The notes: generated from the letters alone by a model not told the origin. A stretch of 64,000 nucleotides of DNA from an uncultured Chloroflexia bacterium (GCA_963771155.1 CAVYSK010000013.1:16919-80918); one strand, 5' to 3'; counted from the first letter of the stretch, positions 52,546-62,710 are shown. Program-made: numbers and translations.

Positions 52546-54222
52546 TCAGGGCGCTCCCGCGGCGGTCTCCGCGTCGGCGGCGAGATATGCCTCCAGGCGG
52601 GCCGTATCCGCTTCGGTCCAGCCCTCGGGCGGGGCGACCCGTGCGAAGGCGTCGGCGTAATCCACCCGATAGTCGTGGCCGAATCCCGACGGCAGGCTGG
52701 CAGCGAACGAGATGTCCGCCAGCGCCTGGATAGCCGACACGATCGGGAACCAGCCGGTGTCGGGCGGGACGCCGTGGCCGCGAGGCTCGTCCATCCACTC
52801 CAGCGGCGACCACAGGTAGTCGAGCGACAGGAACGCCGTGGGGTCTGATGGATGCTGCAGATAGAGCACCCTCGACGGGCCCCAGGGCGTCTCGAGGTCT
52901 GGGCCGCTCCGGCCGGGGAGGAAGCGGACGGTCTCGCCACCCGCGTACACGGGCTGCCAGGCCGGTGATTCCGGCTCCCGTGCCTCGGTCAACTGGCGGA
53001 GGATCGGGTTCCACCCCAGGCTCCCGACGATGAGGGCACCATCGGCCCTGTTCTCGAAGTTCGCCACCGACGCGGCGGCATCGGAGCCGACGAACGGCTC
53101 CTCGGCTCCGCCGGTGCCGAGACTGGCACCGAACACGATGAGCCGTGGCCGCTCCCCCTCGGGCAATGCGGACCACCGCTCCTGCACAGCGTCGAAGAGG
53201 AGCGCTCCGGCCTCGATTGCCTGGCTGCTGTCGATGACGAGGCTGAAGAAGCTCGGCAGGTACGAGTACTGGGTGGCGACGATCGCCGTATCGCCGGCAT
53301 GCAGCTGCTCGAGCGCCCGTGCCGCGTTCGGGTCCATCCAGCCCGACCCACCCGGGACCCACACGGCGATGACGCTTCGCTGGAAGCCACCGGCGCGCTC
53401 CAGCTCGCGGACCGCGAGCGCCACCCGCTCCTCGATGGTCGCAGCCGACCGCATGCCGATGAAGACCCGGACCGGATCGTGAACCTCGGCATCCGCGCCG
53501 TGGTAGGCGACGAGCTGGTCGCTGCTCGTGACGCCCGCGGCGAAGTCGCGACCCCAGAGCCCCATCGTCTCCCACCCGACGAGTGATGAGGGGCTGCCCG
53601 ACACGGTCGCGAGCGTCGGCTGTTCGATGCCCGGGTTGGTCCCCTGGTCGAGCGCCTCGTAGGCGACGTTCGCGGCGACGACGAACCCGCGGACCACCAC
53701 CAGGCCGCCGACCACGCCGAGGACCCCGATAGCGAGGAGGATCGTGGCCGGCAGCGCCAGCGGAGTGGGCATGCGCCTCCGGATGCCACGGTGTGCGCCA
53801 CGGAGCCAGGCGCCCACAGTCGTGCCGATCCAGACCAGGATCACGGCCACCGCGACGGAGACCAGGGCCATGGGCAACCCCTCCCACCAGGCCAGGTGCG
53901 ACATGCCGACCAGGTCGCGTGCATCGTCCTGCCACGTCGCCCACGCGAGGATGCCGGCGATGCCGATCAGCAGGGCGACGACCGTGACCGCCCGACGGCG
54001 CCTCGGCTCGGGCGCGCCGGCCGGCCGGCGCGCGGCACGGCGGGCGATTCGCTCCGCCATCGAGCCGATCCCGTAGCCGATCGCCAGGCAGACGCCGCTC
54101 GTCACCCCCTGGACGAGCCAACCACGCGGAACGAGCGTTGGCGTCAGCGAGGCGAACCAGAAGACGAGGCCCGCTCCGAGGCCGATCGGGCTGGCAGAGC
54201 GAGCGACCGATGCCGCGCTCAT
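52546..54222 (-). CDS. membrane-anchored alpha/beta-hydrolase family protein (Abhydrolase_9-like)
   Basis: ATG 54222. About four N-terminal TM spans followed by a hydrolase-like domain with VFGASLGTGG (GxSxG). Confidence 0.75.
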   Translation of the reverse strand: MSAASVARSASPIGLGAGLVFWFASLTPTLVPRGWLVQGVTSGVCLAIGYGIGSMAERIARRAARRPAGAPEPRRRRAVTVVALLIGIAGILAWATWQDDARDLVGMSHLAWWEGLPMALVSVAVAVILVWIGTTVGAWLRGAHRGIRRRMPTPLALPATILLAIGVLGVVGGLVVVRGFVVAANVAYEALDQGTNPGIEQPTLATVSGSPSSLVGWETMGLWGRDFAAGVTSSDQLVAYHGADAEVHDPVRVFIGMRSAATIEERVALAVRELERAGGFQRSVIAVWVPGGSGWMDPNAARALEQLHAGDTAIVATQYSYLPSFFSLVIDSSQAIEAGALLFDAVQERWSALPEGERPRLIVFGASLGTGGAEEPFVGSDAAASVANFENRADGALIVGSLGWNPILRQLTEAREPESPAWQPVYAGGETVRFLPGRSGPDLETPWGPSRVLYLQHPSDPTAFLSLDYLWSPLEWMDEPRGHGVPPDTGWFPIVSAIQALADISFAASLPSGFGHDYRVDYADAFARVAPPEGWTEADTARLEAYLAADAETAAGAP

Positions 54223-54350
54223 TCGGCGATCTCCTCCATCGAACCGCAGCGTACCGCGTGCGACGCGGATGAGGCCTGTTACCTCACGCAGTCCGGCGCG
54301 GCCGATGGTGCTACGTCCGCCCGCATTCCGACCGGTGCTACGCTCCATCG

Positions 54351-55298
54351 ATGGAGACGAGACTCGGCATCCTGCTCTGGAGCCAGGCCACCGATTGGGA
54401 GAGCTTCGAGCGCTCCGCCATCCGGATCGATGAGCTCGGCTACGAGCACCTGTGGACCTGGGACCACCTGCATGCGATCTTCGGCGACCCGTATCAGCCG
54501 ATCTTCGAGGGCTACGCCACGCTGGCGGCGTGGGCGAAGGTCACGAGACGGACACGTCTCGGACTGCTCGTCGGAGCCAACACATTCCGGAATCCGGCGC
54601 TTACCACCAAGCTGGCGGTCACCCTGGACCACATCAGCGCCGGACGCGCGATCCTCGGCATCGGCGGCGCCTGGTTCGAGACCGAACATACCGAGTTCGG
54701 CATCGAGTTCGGCCATTCCCCCGGCGAACGCCTCACCTGGATGGACGAGGCCGTCACCGCAATGCGGGCGCTCCTCGACGGCGAGTCGGTGACATCACCG
54801 CCGGATGGGCGCTATCAGTTCTCGGACCTCCGGATCAACCCGCTGCCCGTCCAGGATCGGCTGCCGATCATGATCGGGGGGTCGGGCGAGCGGAAGACGC
54901 TGCGCAGCGTCGCGAAGTCGGCGGACATGTGGAACGCGATGGGCTCGGTCGACAAGCTGCGCCACAAGGTTTCGGTCCTGCGTACGCACTGCGAGACGGT
55001 TGGGCGCGACTTCACTGAGATCGAGCTGACCGCCGGCTGCAAGCCGATCATCCGCTCCACCGAGGTCGAGGCACGCCGCCTGTGGGAGGCCCAGATGGAG
55101 CACAACCGGACGCCGATGGCCGACGTGATCGACGACGACACGTTCTGGGTCGGCACACCGGAGCAGGTGGCCCAGGAGATGATCGACCGCAAGGCGCTCG
55201 GCTTCCACACCTTCATCGCCGAGCTGGCCGCGCCGTTCGACGACGAGACCATCGAACGCTGGATCGGCGAAGTGAAGCCGATGGTGGACCGCGCCTGA
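54351..55298 (+). CDS. LLM-class F420-dependent oxidoreductase
   Basis: 315-aa ORF. GYEHLWTWDH...GRAILGIGGAWFE blocks are typical of the luciferase-like family. Confidence 0.85.
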   Translation: METRLGILLWSQATDWESFERSAIRIDELGYEHLWTWDHLHAIFGDPYQPIFEGYATLAAWAKVTRRTRLGLLVGANTFRNPALTTKLAVTLDHISAGRAILGIGGAWFETEHTEFGIEFGHSPGERLTWMDEAVTAMRALLDGESVTSPPDGRYQFSDLRINPLPVQDRLPIMIGGSGERKTLRSVAKSADMWNAMGSVDKLRHKVSVLRTHCETVGRDFTEIELTAGCKPIIRSTEVEARRLWEAQMEHNRTPMADVIDDDTFWVGTPEQVAQEMIDRKALGFHTFIAELAAPFDDETIERWIGEVKPMVDRA

Positions 55299-55307
55299 GC
55301 GACGCGC

Positions 55308-56162
55308 TCAGGGGGGTCGGACGAGGGCGGCCAGGCTGCGACGACCCTCGATGCCGCGGAGCTCAAACTCGCCGAGCTCGGTGAAGACGAGTCCGGAGCC
55401 CGCGAGGAGGTCGCGCACGGTTCCGGAAACGACCACCTGTCCCGGCTCCGCAACGGCGAGGATCCGCGCAGCGAGGTGGACGGCGATCCCTCGCACATCC
55501 TCGCCGTGGAGCTCGACCTCGCCGACGTTGACGCCGGCGCGGGACGTCAGCCCGTGTGCGGTTGCCGCATCGAGGATGGCTGCGGCGCCGCGGACCGCCG
55601 CCGCGGGGCTGTCGAAGAGCACCAGGAATCCGTCTCCGGTGCTCTGGATCTCCCTGCCGCGGTGCTTCTCGATAGCGGCGCGTGCCGTCTGGTTCTGGTC
55701 CGCCAAGAGGACGCGCCAACTGGCGTCGCCAACTCGGCCCAGCGTCTCCGTTGATCGCGAGATGTCGGTGAACACGATCGTGGCGAATCGTCGCTCGGAC
55801 GTTTCTGCCGGCGGCTTGGCGAACAGGCGCCGGCCCGCAAAGTCGACCGAGCTCCACGGCTCATCGCCCACCACCCACGCGTCGTGGCGGGGCGGTATCT
55901 CGAACGCATCGCCAGGGCGGAGCTCGATCGAGGCGCCGTCGTCCATCTCGACATGGAGCTGTCCGGACAGCACGTAGCCGAGGTGATGAACCTCGCACGT
56001 CTCGGTGCCGACGATCGGCTTCACATGCTCTGACCAGCGCCAGCCCGGTTCGAAGACGGCGCGGCCAATCGCAGCCTCGCCCAGTTCGACGAGCTCGATG
56101 CGCGCGTTCTCGACCGTCCTCAACTCATCGGGTCGGTCGAATGACTTCCGACGTAGCTGCAC
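55308..56162 (-). CDS. cupin domain - class III adenylate/guanylate cyclase fusion
   Basis: GTG 56162. N-terminal cupin (HHLGYVLSGQLHVEMDDG...GDAFEIPP) and C-terminal cyclase domain (TIVFTDISRST...STGDGFLVLF...RAGVNVGEV). Confidence 0.8.
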   Translation of the reverse strand: MQLRRKSFDRPDELRTVENARIELVELGEAAIGRAVFEPGWRWSEHVKPIVGTETCEVHHLGYVLSGQLHVEMDDGASIELRPGDAFEIPPRHDAWVVGDEPWSSVDFAGRRLFAKPPAETSERRFATIVFTDISRSTETLGRVGDASWRVLLADQNQTARAAIEKHRGREIQSTGDGFLVLFDSPAAAVRGAAAILDAATAHGLTSRAGVNVGEVELHGEDVRGIAVHLAARILAVAEPGQVVVSGTVRDLLAGSGLVFTELGEFELRGIEGRRSLAALVRPP

Positions 56163-56256
56163 GTGGCGATCGTACGAGGGCGCGCAATGGGACCTCACCG
56201 CCCATACTGGCGTCGTGGCCTCGTACACGGTCAACCGGCGCGCCGTCACGCGGGCG

Positions 56257-56577
56257 ATGGAACGCATCTCCGCGAAGCAGTACGTCCTGGACAGCGATTG
56301 GGGCGAGGTCCAGCCGACCGCCGATGACGAGAACCGCTACCTGAAGCGCCACAGCTGGGACGACTACGCGGAGTGGCACCTGGGATTGACCGACGGCGCC
56401 ACCGATGAGACGAAGGCCAGGTACGGGTTCGTGGTCGGAGACCTGAGGCGCATCCACCGCAGCGCGATCATCGCGTGCCACTTCCGGGCGGCAGAGTGGC
56501 GCCACAAGGCGATCGAGCTTGCCGCGCACGATCTCCTCCAGCATCTCGACCGTATCGCGGGCATCGGAGACGACTGA
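56257..56577 (+). CDS. hypothetical protein
   Basis: 106-aa segment from ATG 56257 with good codon bias. Its stop overlaps the next start (TGATG). No family recognised. Confidence 0.5.
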   Translation: MERISAKQYVLDSDWGEVQPTADDENRYLKRHSWDDYAEWHLGLTDGATDETKARYGFVVGDLRRIHRSAIIACHFRAAEWRHKAIELAAHDLLQHLDRIAGIGDD

Positions 56578-56804
56578 TGGTGGCCGATGACGAGCCGATC
56601 GAGGAGACGGTCCATTTCGGCGACGGACAGGTGAAGTACACCGGCTTCCGCCTCGGCGACACGATGCACGGGGCATGGACCTGGTACCGGACCGATGGGT
56701 CGGTCATGCGAACCGGCTCGTTCGACCGCGGCCGCCAGGTCGGGACGTGGCGCACGTACGACCGTGCCGGGGCGGTCGTGAAGGAGACGTCCTTCGCCGG
56801 CTAG
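56577..56804 (+). CDS. MORN-repeat (YwqK-like) small protein
   Basis: 75 aa. Repeated G.W..Y...G pattern (HGAWTWYRTDGSVMRTGSFDRGRQVGTWRTYDRAG). Confidence 0.6.
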   Translation: MVADDEPIEETVHFGDGQVKYTGFRLGDTMHGAWTWYRTDGSVMRTGSFDRGRQVGTWRTYDRAGAVVKETSFAG

Positions 56805-57367
56805 GTCGTGCTCGATGCCAGCGCCGCCACGATCCGGTCCATCCCGAACGCATACGCGGCATCGACGTCGCCGCCCATGCGAAATGCGCCGGCCAGCTCC
56901 ATGCTGACGAAGCCGTGCGCCCACGCCACCACCGTCCGCGCTGCCTCGAGGGCCACCGCTTCGCCTGCCAATCCACCGGTTGCCTGCAGGAGTGGGACGG
57001 TGGCAACAGCCAGCGCCTCCGGGCTGGCGTGCCACTCCTCGGGCAGGACGGCGAAGATCAGCGCGTAGGCTTGGGGGTTTGCACGCGCAAACGTGCGGAA
57101 CGCCCGCGCGATGGCCCGCAGGTTCTCGGCCGGATCGCTCCCCTCCGCCGCCGCCCGCACGGTCTCCGCGAGCTCGCGTGCCACGTCCTCGGACACGAGC
57201 CGCACGAGATCGCCGCGGCCGCGAATCCGCTTGTAGAGCGACGGCGCGCGCACGCCGACGGCCGATGCGACGCGCTGCATCGTCAGGCCGTCGAGACCCT
57301 CCTTCTCCAGGATCCGGCGCGCGGCGCGAACGATCTCCTCGGTCGAGGTGCGGGCGGGTGTCGGCAC
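56801..57367 (-). CDS. TetR-family transcriptional regulator
   Basis: 188-aa ORF with N-terminal HTH LTMQRVASAVGVRAPSLYKRI. Confidence 0.85.
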   Translation of the reverse strand: MPTPARTSTEEIVRAARRILEKEGLDGLTMQRVASAVGVRAPSLYKRIRGRGDLVRLVSEDVARELAETVRAAAEGSDPAENLRAIARAFRTFARANPQAYALIFAVLPEEWHASPEALAVATVPLLQATGGLAGEAVALEAARTVVAWAHGFVSMELAGAFRMGGDVDAAYAFGMDRIVAALASSTT

Positions 57368-57392
57368 GGATCGTGGCTCCCTCGCATTGTTT

Positions 57393-57419
57393 GGCTATTG
57401 ACAATAGCCATCATGGCTA
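57393..57419. promoter_or_regulatory. candidate TetR operator (two overlapping palindromes)
   Basis: GGCTATTG-A-CAATAGCC (57393-57409) overlaps TAGCCAT-C-ATGGCTA (57405-57419) in the 77-nt divergent region. ATAGCCAT recurs at about 57427. Confidence 0.45.
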
Positions 57420-57444
57420 CGTATCATAGCCATCCATTCGCCGC

Positions 57445-57828
57445 ATGATACAGGAACCACACGCCATGGCAACCGCGAACCTCGTCCTCCGCTTCCTCAC
57501 CGAGGTGGCGGCCATCACCGCAGTCGGCTACGCCGGGCTCCAGATCGACGCTCCCCTGGCCCTGCAGATCGCCGCGGGGATCGCCGCGGCCGGAGCCTTC
57601 GTCGTCACCTGGGCCCTCGTGGCCGCGCCGAAGGCCGAGAACGGCCTCGCGCAGTCCCAGAAGGACCTCATCGGTGGCGCGATCCTGCTCGTCGCGGCGA
57701 TGGCGCTGGCCATCGGTGGGCAGGCCCAGCTCGCGGTGGCCTTTGCGATCGTCGTCATCGGTAACACCGCCCTGCTGTTCGCCTTCGGCGCCGATGCCCG
57801 CGAACGCCTGGCCGGGATCGCGCGATGA
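57445..57828 (+). CDS. DUF2568-like (YrdB-like) membrane protein
   Basis: 127-aa ORF with four hydrophobic spans. Divergent from the TetR gene. The start could instead be the second ATG at 57466. Confidence 0.6.
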   Translation: MIQEPHAMATANLVLRFLTEVAAITAVGYAGLQIDAPLALQIAAGIAAAGAFVVTWALVAAPKAENGLAQSQKDLIGGAILLVAAMALAIGGQAQLAVAFAIVVIGNTALLFAFGADARERLAGIAR

Positions 57829-58544
57829 GACTCGCGCCGTCACTGCACCGCGTCGGCTCGGACCTCGTCAACTGCTACGTCGTCGAGGACGGCGGCCAGC
57901 TGACGCTCATCGATACCGGCGTTCCCGGCCAGTGGAAGGACCTCGAGCGCGAGCTGGCGGATATGGGCCGTTCGCTCACCGACATCCGCGGCGTGGTCCT
58001 CACCCACGGCGATACCGATCACATCGGCTTCGCGGAGCGCCTCCGCCGCGAGGGCGTCACGATCCACGTCCACGAGGCGGATGCCGCCCGGGCGCGCGGC
58101 GAGATCAAGAAGAGCACGCCAATGGGTCGGATGAAGATCGGCCCTCTGTTCAGGTTCCTGTGGTACGCCGGCCGCCGAGGGGGGCTTCGCGTCACGCCCG
58201 TGGCCGAGGTGACGACGTTCGCCGATGGCGACGTGCTCGACCTGCCGGGCCATCCGCGAGTCATCCACCTGCCGGGTCACACGCCGGGCAGCGTGGCCCT
58301 CCACGTCCCTTCCGTCGACGCCCTCTTCGTGGGCGACGCGCTGACCACCGGCCACGTCCTCACCGGCGAGATCGGCCCACAGCCGGCGCCGTTCACCATC
58401 GAGCCCGCGGCCGCCCTTGCGTCGCTCGATCGCCTGGCCGACGTGCCGGCGACCTGGGTGCTGCCCGGTCACGGTGCCCCGTGGAACGGTGGCGCCGCGG
58501 AGGCGGTGCGCCTGGTCCGGTTACGCGCCGACACCGCCGCGTAG
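57825..58544 (+). CDS. MBL-fold metallo-hydrolase
   Basis: 239-aa ORF with THGDTDHIG (HxHxDH-type) motif. Its start overlaps the upstream stop (ATGA). Confidence 0.85.
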   Translation: MRLAPSLHRVGSDLVNCYVVEDGGQLTLIDTGVPGQWKDLERELADMGRSLTDIRGVVLTHGDTDHIGFAERLRREGVTIHVHEADAARARGEIKKSTPMGRMKIGPLFRFLWYAGRRGGLRVTPVAEVTTFADGDVLDLPGHPRVIHLPGHTPGSVALHVPSVDALFVGDALTTGHVLTGEIGPQPAPFTIEPAAALASLDRLADVPATWVLPGHGAPWNGGAAEAVRLVRLRADTAA

Positions 58545-58551
58545 GCCAAGG

Positions 58552-59322
58552 TCAGGGGGCCATGTACTCGACCAGGTCGAACGCGGCACCGCCTCCTTCG
58601 ACCTGCCGCTCCGCGATCAGCCCCACGTCGGGTGCGTAGAACTTGCGCTCGAGCACGTCGGGCTCGAGCGGGGTCCAGTCCTCGGTGACGAGGACGTCCT
58701 CGAAGGATCCCGCCGGGACCTCGAGCCGCTCCCCTTCCTCCACGACGCGACCCATGTCCTCCGCCTCGCCGGCGTAGAACTCCTGTCGGTATGCGGTGCC
58801 GATCACCGGATCGGCCGGCATCACGATCCCCGGCTGCGCGCCGTCCACGCCCGCTTCCCACGACCCCTCCGTGCCGACCACCTCGCCATCCTCGTACTCC
58901 GCGGTCTCCTCGCCGAAATACCAGACGTTCCCGTCCACGTCCTGGGCAAACCAGTCGTCGGTCAGCTCGACCGGCTCCCCATCCAGGGTGACCTCGTCGC
59001 GTACCACCACGCACACGACGCCCATGACGGTGCGTGTCTCGTCGAGGACGGTCACCGTGTCCACCTCGCCCTGGGCATCGCCGGATCCCTCGTACACCCA
59101 GCGGGATCCGGGGGCGAGCGGGTAGTACGGATTGTCGATGACCTCCACGAAGGACGCCGGATCGATCACCGGGGCATAGGGCTCCCCCGACCCAACCGCG
59201 GCCGGCATGGCCGGTGACGGAGACGGAGCCGCGACGACCGAGGGCCCGTCCGACGACGGGGTGGAAGCCGGAGCGCAGCCACACGCCACGACGGCAAGGA
59301 TGGCGAGGACACGTCGAGCCAT
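58552..59322 (-). CDS. lipoprotein, function unknown
   Basis: 256-aa ORF with signal and lipobox MARRVLAILAVVACGC, followed by an acidic secreted domain. Confidence 0.6.
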   Translation of the reverse strand: MARRVLAILAVVACGCAPASTPSSDGPSVVAAPSPSPAMPAAVGSGEPYAPVIDPASFVEVIDNPYYPLAPGSRWVYEGSGDAQGEVDTVTVLDETRTVMGVVCVVVRDEVTLDGEPVELTDDWFAQDVDGNVWYFGEETAEYEDGEVVGTEGSWEAGVDGAQPGIVMPADPVIGTAYRQEFYAGEAEDMGRVVEEGERLEVPAGSFEDVLVTEDWTPLEPDVLERKFYAPDVGLIAERQVEGGGAAFDLVEYMAP

Positions 59323-59405
59323 ATGGATAGAGAGCCGTCTTTCTTCGCAGAGGTTTCACACGACGACGCACGGCTCACTGCACGTTGCCTGCTAGGCTCG
59401 GACGC

Positions 59406-59915
59406 ATGAGCACCTCGATCCTCGACGACGCATTCGCCCACCACGTGTGGGCCACGCTCCTGATCATCGATACGTGCCGTGCGCTGACCACGGAGCAGCT
59501 TGATACGAGCGTGCCGGGAACGTACGGGTCGATCCTCGACACGGTCCGCCACCTCGTCGGCGGAGATTGCGGGTACCTGTTCGTCCTCACGGGCGAGTCC
59601 CACGAGCAGATCGACGAGGAGGGTATGGACCTCGATCAGCTTCGTGCGGAGATGGTCGCCAACGGCCCCGCGTGGACGGCGCTCCTGGGCGGTGACCTCG
59701 ATCCTGCGCAGGACGTGGTCCGGCATCGCGACGACGCCGACAGCCACGCGCCGGTGGCCATCCGGCTTGCACAGGCGCTCGATCACGGCAGCGACCATCG
59801 CAGCCAGGTCTGCACCGCGCTCACCAGCCTCGGCATCGAGCCGCCGGAGATCGACGCGTGGGCCTACGGCAGACATGCCGGCACGGTGTACCTGACCGAG
59901 GCGCCCGCAGGCTGA
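59406..59915 (+). CDS. DinB-family protein
   Basis: ATG 59406. AHHVWAT...ILDTVRHLVGGD...LDHGSDHRSQ pattern of the DinB helical bundle with a His triad. Confidence 0.75.
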   Translation: MSTSILDDAFAHHVWATLLIIDTCRALTTEQLDTSVPGTYGSILDTVRHLVGGDCGYLFVLTGESHEQIDEEGMDLDQLRAEMVANGPAWTALLGGDLDPAQDVVRHRDDADSHAPVAIRLAQALDHGSDHRSQVCTALTSLGIEPPEIDAWAYGRHAGTVYLTEAPAG

Positions 59916-60012
59916 CCACGTCCGAAGCGGTGCGTCTTGACAACGGGGGCTATCGTGACGATCCCAGTCGCGTGCCCCGCGCCGTCCCGTTGATCGTGCC
60001 TGGGAGCCGACC

Positions 60013-60312
60013 GTGGATCCACAGCTCCGCGACCTGGCCGCCCTCGTGGTGGTCGGCCTGCTCTTCGTCGCCGTGGCGCTCGTGATGGCCGTGGGGCGAC
60101 AGCAGCGCACGCTCGAGGCGCAGCTGGCAGAGGCCCGGGCCGAGATCGACGCCCTGCACGATCGTCTGACCGAAGCGACGCGCCCGCCGACGCAGTTCGC
60201 GCGCATGCACCTGCGGGACGTCGCCCTGGAGCGCTTCGCTCGCCTGCGGCTCGCCATCCCGCGCCGCACCGGCGCGCCCGACGTGTTGCGAACGATCGAC
60301 CTCACCCACTGA
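60013..60312 (+). CDS. hypothetical membrane-anchored coiled-coil protein
   Basis: 99-aa ORF with GTG start and strong GC3 bias. One TM span (LAALVVVGLLFVAVALVMAV) followed by a helical segment. Confidence 0.45.
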   Translation: MDPQLRDLAALVVVGLLFVAVALVMAVGRQQRTLEAQLAEARAEIDALHDRLTEATRPPTQFARMHLRDVALERFARLRLAIPRRTGAPDVLRTIDLTH

Positions 60313-60396
60313 CGCTCGTCGGCGTCGCAGGGGGTTGCCGCATCGGCTTCCAGGGCCGATGCTCGTGCGGACACCCGAGCCGCAGGACCCGTACCG

Positions 60397-61575
60397 ATGA
60401 CGACCTCCGCGTCCACCCCTGACCGCATCCGCGCCAGCGTCGCGCCGTTCCTCTCGTTCTTCGACGGCCCCTTCGCGCGCCTCAACACCGAGCCCGACGT
60501 CGCGAACTTCGCGGTCGGCAATCCGCAGGAGATGCCCCTCCCGGGGTACGTCGACACGCTGCAGCGTCACCTCGTCCCGCAGAACAAGGACTGGTTCGCG
60601 TACAAGCTGTCCGAGCCGGAGTCGCAGCGTACGGTGGCCAAGGCGCTGACCGCGCGGACCGGACTTGCCTGGGATCCGGATGACGTGGCGATGACGAACG
60701 GCGGCTTCGCGGCCATCGCGGTCACGCTGCGCACGCTCGTCCAACCGGGCGACGAGGTGATCTTCCTCACGCCACCGTGGTTCTTCTACGAGGCCCTGAT
60801 CCTCGTTGCCGGGGGCGAGCCGGTCCGCGTGCGCCTCGAGCCCCCGGCATTCGACCTCGATGTCGACCACATCGCGGCCGCGGTCACGCCACGGACGCGC
60901 ATGGTCCTCGTGAACAGCCCGCACAACCCGACCGGGCGGATCTTCTCGCGCGAATCGCTGGCGAAGCTGGCGGATGCCCTGTCCGATGCCTCCGCGCGAA
61001 TCGGCCATCCGATCTGGATCCTGTCGGACGAGCCATACAACCGGATCGCCTTCGACGGACGAGTGGCAGCCAGCCCGGCGGAGATGTACCCGCACACCGT
61101 CATCACCTACTCGTATGGCAAGCAGCTGCTCGCACCGGGAATGCGCATCGGCTACCTGGCCGTGCCGCCGACATGCCCCGAGCGTCAACGGCTGCGCGGC
61201 GAAGTGTTCATGCAGCAGATGGCGGCCGGCTACGCGTGGCCGAACGCACTCCTCCAGCACGCCCTCGCCGATCTCGAGCAGCTGACGATCGACATCGGCG
61301 CGCTCGAGCGACGCCGCGACCGGCTTGTCCCCGCTCTCCGGGAGATGGGCTACGACGCATCGATGCCGGAGGGCACGTTCTACACGATGGCACGCTCTCC
61401 CATCGACGACGACGTCGCCTTCGGCGAGGTGTTGGCGCGTCACAGGGTGCTCATCCTTCCGGGCACGATCGTCGAGACGCCGGGCTGGTTCCGGATCAGC
61501 CTCACAGCCTCAGACGACATGGTCGAGGCCGGCATCCCGCGCTTCGAGGCCGCGCGCCGCGACGCCATCGGCTGA
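60397..61575 (+). CDS. PLP-dependent aminotransferase (class I/II)
   Basis: 392-aa ORF. VLVNSPHNPTG and SYGKQLLAPGMRIGY (PLP-lysine region). Confidence 0.85.
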   Translation: MTTSASTPDRIRASVAPFLSFFDGPFARLNTEPDVANFAVGNPQEMPLPGYVDTLQRHLVPQNKDWFAYKLSEPESQRTVAKALTARTGLAWDPDDVAMTNGGFAAIAVTLRTLVQPGDEVIFLTPPWFFYEALILVAGGEPVRVRLEPPAFDLDVDHIAAAVTPRTRMVLVNSPHNPTGRIFSRESLAKLADALSDASARIGHPIWILSDEPYNRIAFDGRVAASPAEMYPHTVITYSYGKQLLAPGMRIGYLAVPPTCPERQRLRGEVFMQQMAAGYAWPNALLQHALADLEQLTIDIGALERRRDRLVPALREMGYDASMPEGTFYTMARSPIDDDVAFGEVLARHRVLILPGTIVETPGWFRISLTASDDMVEAGIPRFEAARRDAIG

Positions 61576-61601
61576 GCCCGTCGGCGCCGAACGACAGCCG
61601 A

Positions 61602-62710
61602 TCAGCCAGGGACCGCGACGGGGAAACGGCAGCGAACGACGGTGCCCGAGCCGGGCGCACTGGTCAGGCTCGCCTCGCCACCGTGGGCCTGGACCAGGTC
61701 CCGGACGATCGCCAGCCCGAGGCCGGCACCGGCCGCGTCGCCCGCCCGCCAGAAGCGTTCGAACGCGCGTTCGGCCGTGGACGCGTCCATGCCGGTGCCG
61801 GTATCGGCGACCTCGAGCTCGACCGCATCGGGCAGCGATCGCACGCGGACCGTGATCCGGCCGCCCGACGGCGTGTGGCGCAGCGCGTTCGACAGCAGGT
61901 TGCCCAGCACCTGGCGGATCCGCCGGGGATCGAGCTGGAGGGCAGGGACGGCATCGGACTCGACCGCCAGCGCCACGCCCCCCTCCTCGGCCTGCGGGTC
62001 GAATCCGGCCACGACGTCGGTGGCGAGGACGGCCAGGTCGGTCGGCTCGCGGTGCAGCGGCAGGGCACCCGCGTCGGCCAGGGAGAGCGTGCGCAGGTCC
62101 TCGACCATGCCGGTCGAGCTGGCGGGTCTCGGCCAGGAGACGCTCGAGGTGGGGTCGATCGGCCGGGTAGAGGCCGTCCAGCATGCCCTCGATGCTGCCC
62201 TGGATGACCGTCAACGGGGTCCGCAGCTCGTGGCTGACGTCCGCGAGCAGGCGGCGCCGGTCCTCGGTGTCGGCGGCGAGACGGGCGCTCATCGAGTTGA
62301 AGGCGCGCGACAGCGCCCGCATCTCGCTCGGTCCGCGCACGTCGACCTGCGTGCCGACCTCGCCGGCCTCGATTCGTTGCGACGCGTCGATGAGGTCGCC
62401 CAGGGGCGCCGCTCGGACCCGGACCCCGTGCCAGATCGCCCGCAGCGCGAGGGCGACGACGACGAGCAGAACGAGCGCCAGGATCGCGCTGATCCAGCCG
62501 CTCCCGAAGACAGGTGGTGAGGAGCCAGGTGATGGCGGCGACGAGGACGACCAGGACGAAGACGACGAACGCCAGGAAACAGCCGATGCGACGCATGAAC
62601 GAGCGGCGCATCCGCTGGCGTGCCTCGGCGCTCTCCGGCGGGAACGGCTCGCCCTCTGGCCACCAGGGTGGCCGTTGGCCGCGCCGCCCCATCGGCTCGA
62701 TGGTCCCCAT
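61602..62710 (-). pseudogene. sensor histidine kinase split over three frames (pseudogene or assembly indels)
   Basis: N-terminus and TM1 are in the frame of ORF 61664..62710. TM2, HAMP and HisKA (ADVSHELRTPLT) are in the frame of 61510..62742. HATPase_c (ORF 61602..62108, with LGNLLSNALRHT, DTGTGM, GLGLAIV) is in a third frame. Junctions lie near 62512 and 62109. Confidence 0.8.

Noticed and set aside
51947-54121. 724-aa minus-strand ORF
   Set aside because: Only its last 162 aa (a lipoprotein starting at ATG 52435) look real. The remainder is an out-of-frame shadow of the Abhydrolase_9-like gene 52546..54222.
56577-56804. YwqK-like MORN protein as evidence for a toxin-antitoxin or polymorphic-toxin locus
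   Set aside because: No toxin domain, LXG/WXG or Rhs element is nearby. The name reflects only family annotation.
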